This document shows positions 31,960 through 32,000 of a stretch of 32,000 nucleotides of DNA, piece after piece. Below the pieces are notes generated by a model that worked only from the letters and a program-made list of their open reading frames with translations, had not been told where the DNA came from and ran no database searches. A program made the position numbers and the translations under genes. Position 1 is the first letter of the stretch, and each line of letters begins with the position of its first letter. This DNA comes from Opitutia bacterium KCR 482 (lineage in GTDB: Bacteria > Verrucomicrobiota > Verrucomicrobiia > Opitutales > Intestinicryptomonadaceae), in contig CP149973.1 in the NCBI GenBank assembly GCA_029269845.2, positions 210,001-242,000 of the forward strand. Reading direction: 5' to 3'.

Positions 31960-32000
31960 ATGTTAAAATTTATCACAAGACGGGTATTTTCATTGATTCC
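31960..32000 (+). CDS. ABC transporter permease (OppB/DppB-like), first 13 codons only
   Basis: MLKFITRRVFSLI... is the typical N-terminus of family-5 transporter permeases. Starts 3 nt after the binding-protein stop. Truncated by the window edge. Confidence 0.6.
   Translation, partial: MLKFITRRVFSLI

Noticed and set aside
1-32000. Mobile elements, prophage, toxin-antitoxin or defence-system genes, rRNA/tRNA.
   Set aside because: No transposase, integrase, recombinase, nuclease or helicase-type ORFs, terminal inverted repeats or structured RNA genes are recognisable by eye. Apart from the items listed, the window is housekeeping and metabolic.

Overview
Dense two-stranded chromosomal window with about 27 protein genes. 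By eye I found no rRNA, tRNA, CRISPR array, transposase or integrase. GC content looks moderate to high, with AT-rich intergenic regions. The gene content suggests an anaerobic bacterium, possibly from the PVC group (Lentisphaerota, Kiritimatiellota or Verrucomicrobiota-like). That guess is inference only, from a glycyl radical enzyme, indolepyruvate:ferredoxin oxidoreductase, a PEP-CTERM beta-helix protein and a DUF4091/GH123-like protein. Gene order, left to right: (minus strand) partial glycyl radical enzyme (GRE), its activase, galM; a 608-bp AT-rich spacer; (minus) 4-TM protein, ACT protein, paaK-like ligase, iorB, iorA; (plus) htpG, PEP-CTERM protein, nitroreductase; a repeat-containing spacer; (minus) CDF transporter; (plus) stand-alone coaB; (minus) DUF167, pheA, scpB; (plus) ilvD, yicC; (minus) small Pro-rich secreted protein; (plus) rpmI, rplT, a large GH123-like protein split by a frameshift, pheS, pheT, extended tatC, family-5 ABC binding lipoprotein and the start of a permease. 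Most worth a second look: (1) the galM-activase-GRE operon, whose GRE ORF is missing from the supplied track and does not look like a characterised GRE context; (2) a TatC with a loop insertion and a 145-aa charged, repeat-bearing tail, wedged with near-zero spacing between pheT and an opp-like transporter; (3) a single-nucleotide frameshift in an A5 run splitting a roughly 1220-aa modular GH123-like gene; (4) a degenerate repeat cluster in a convergent spacer; (5) a compound hairpin in the GRE operon leader. No complete novel multi-gene system is demonstrable from sequence alone. All function calls rest on motif recognition by eye.
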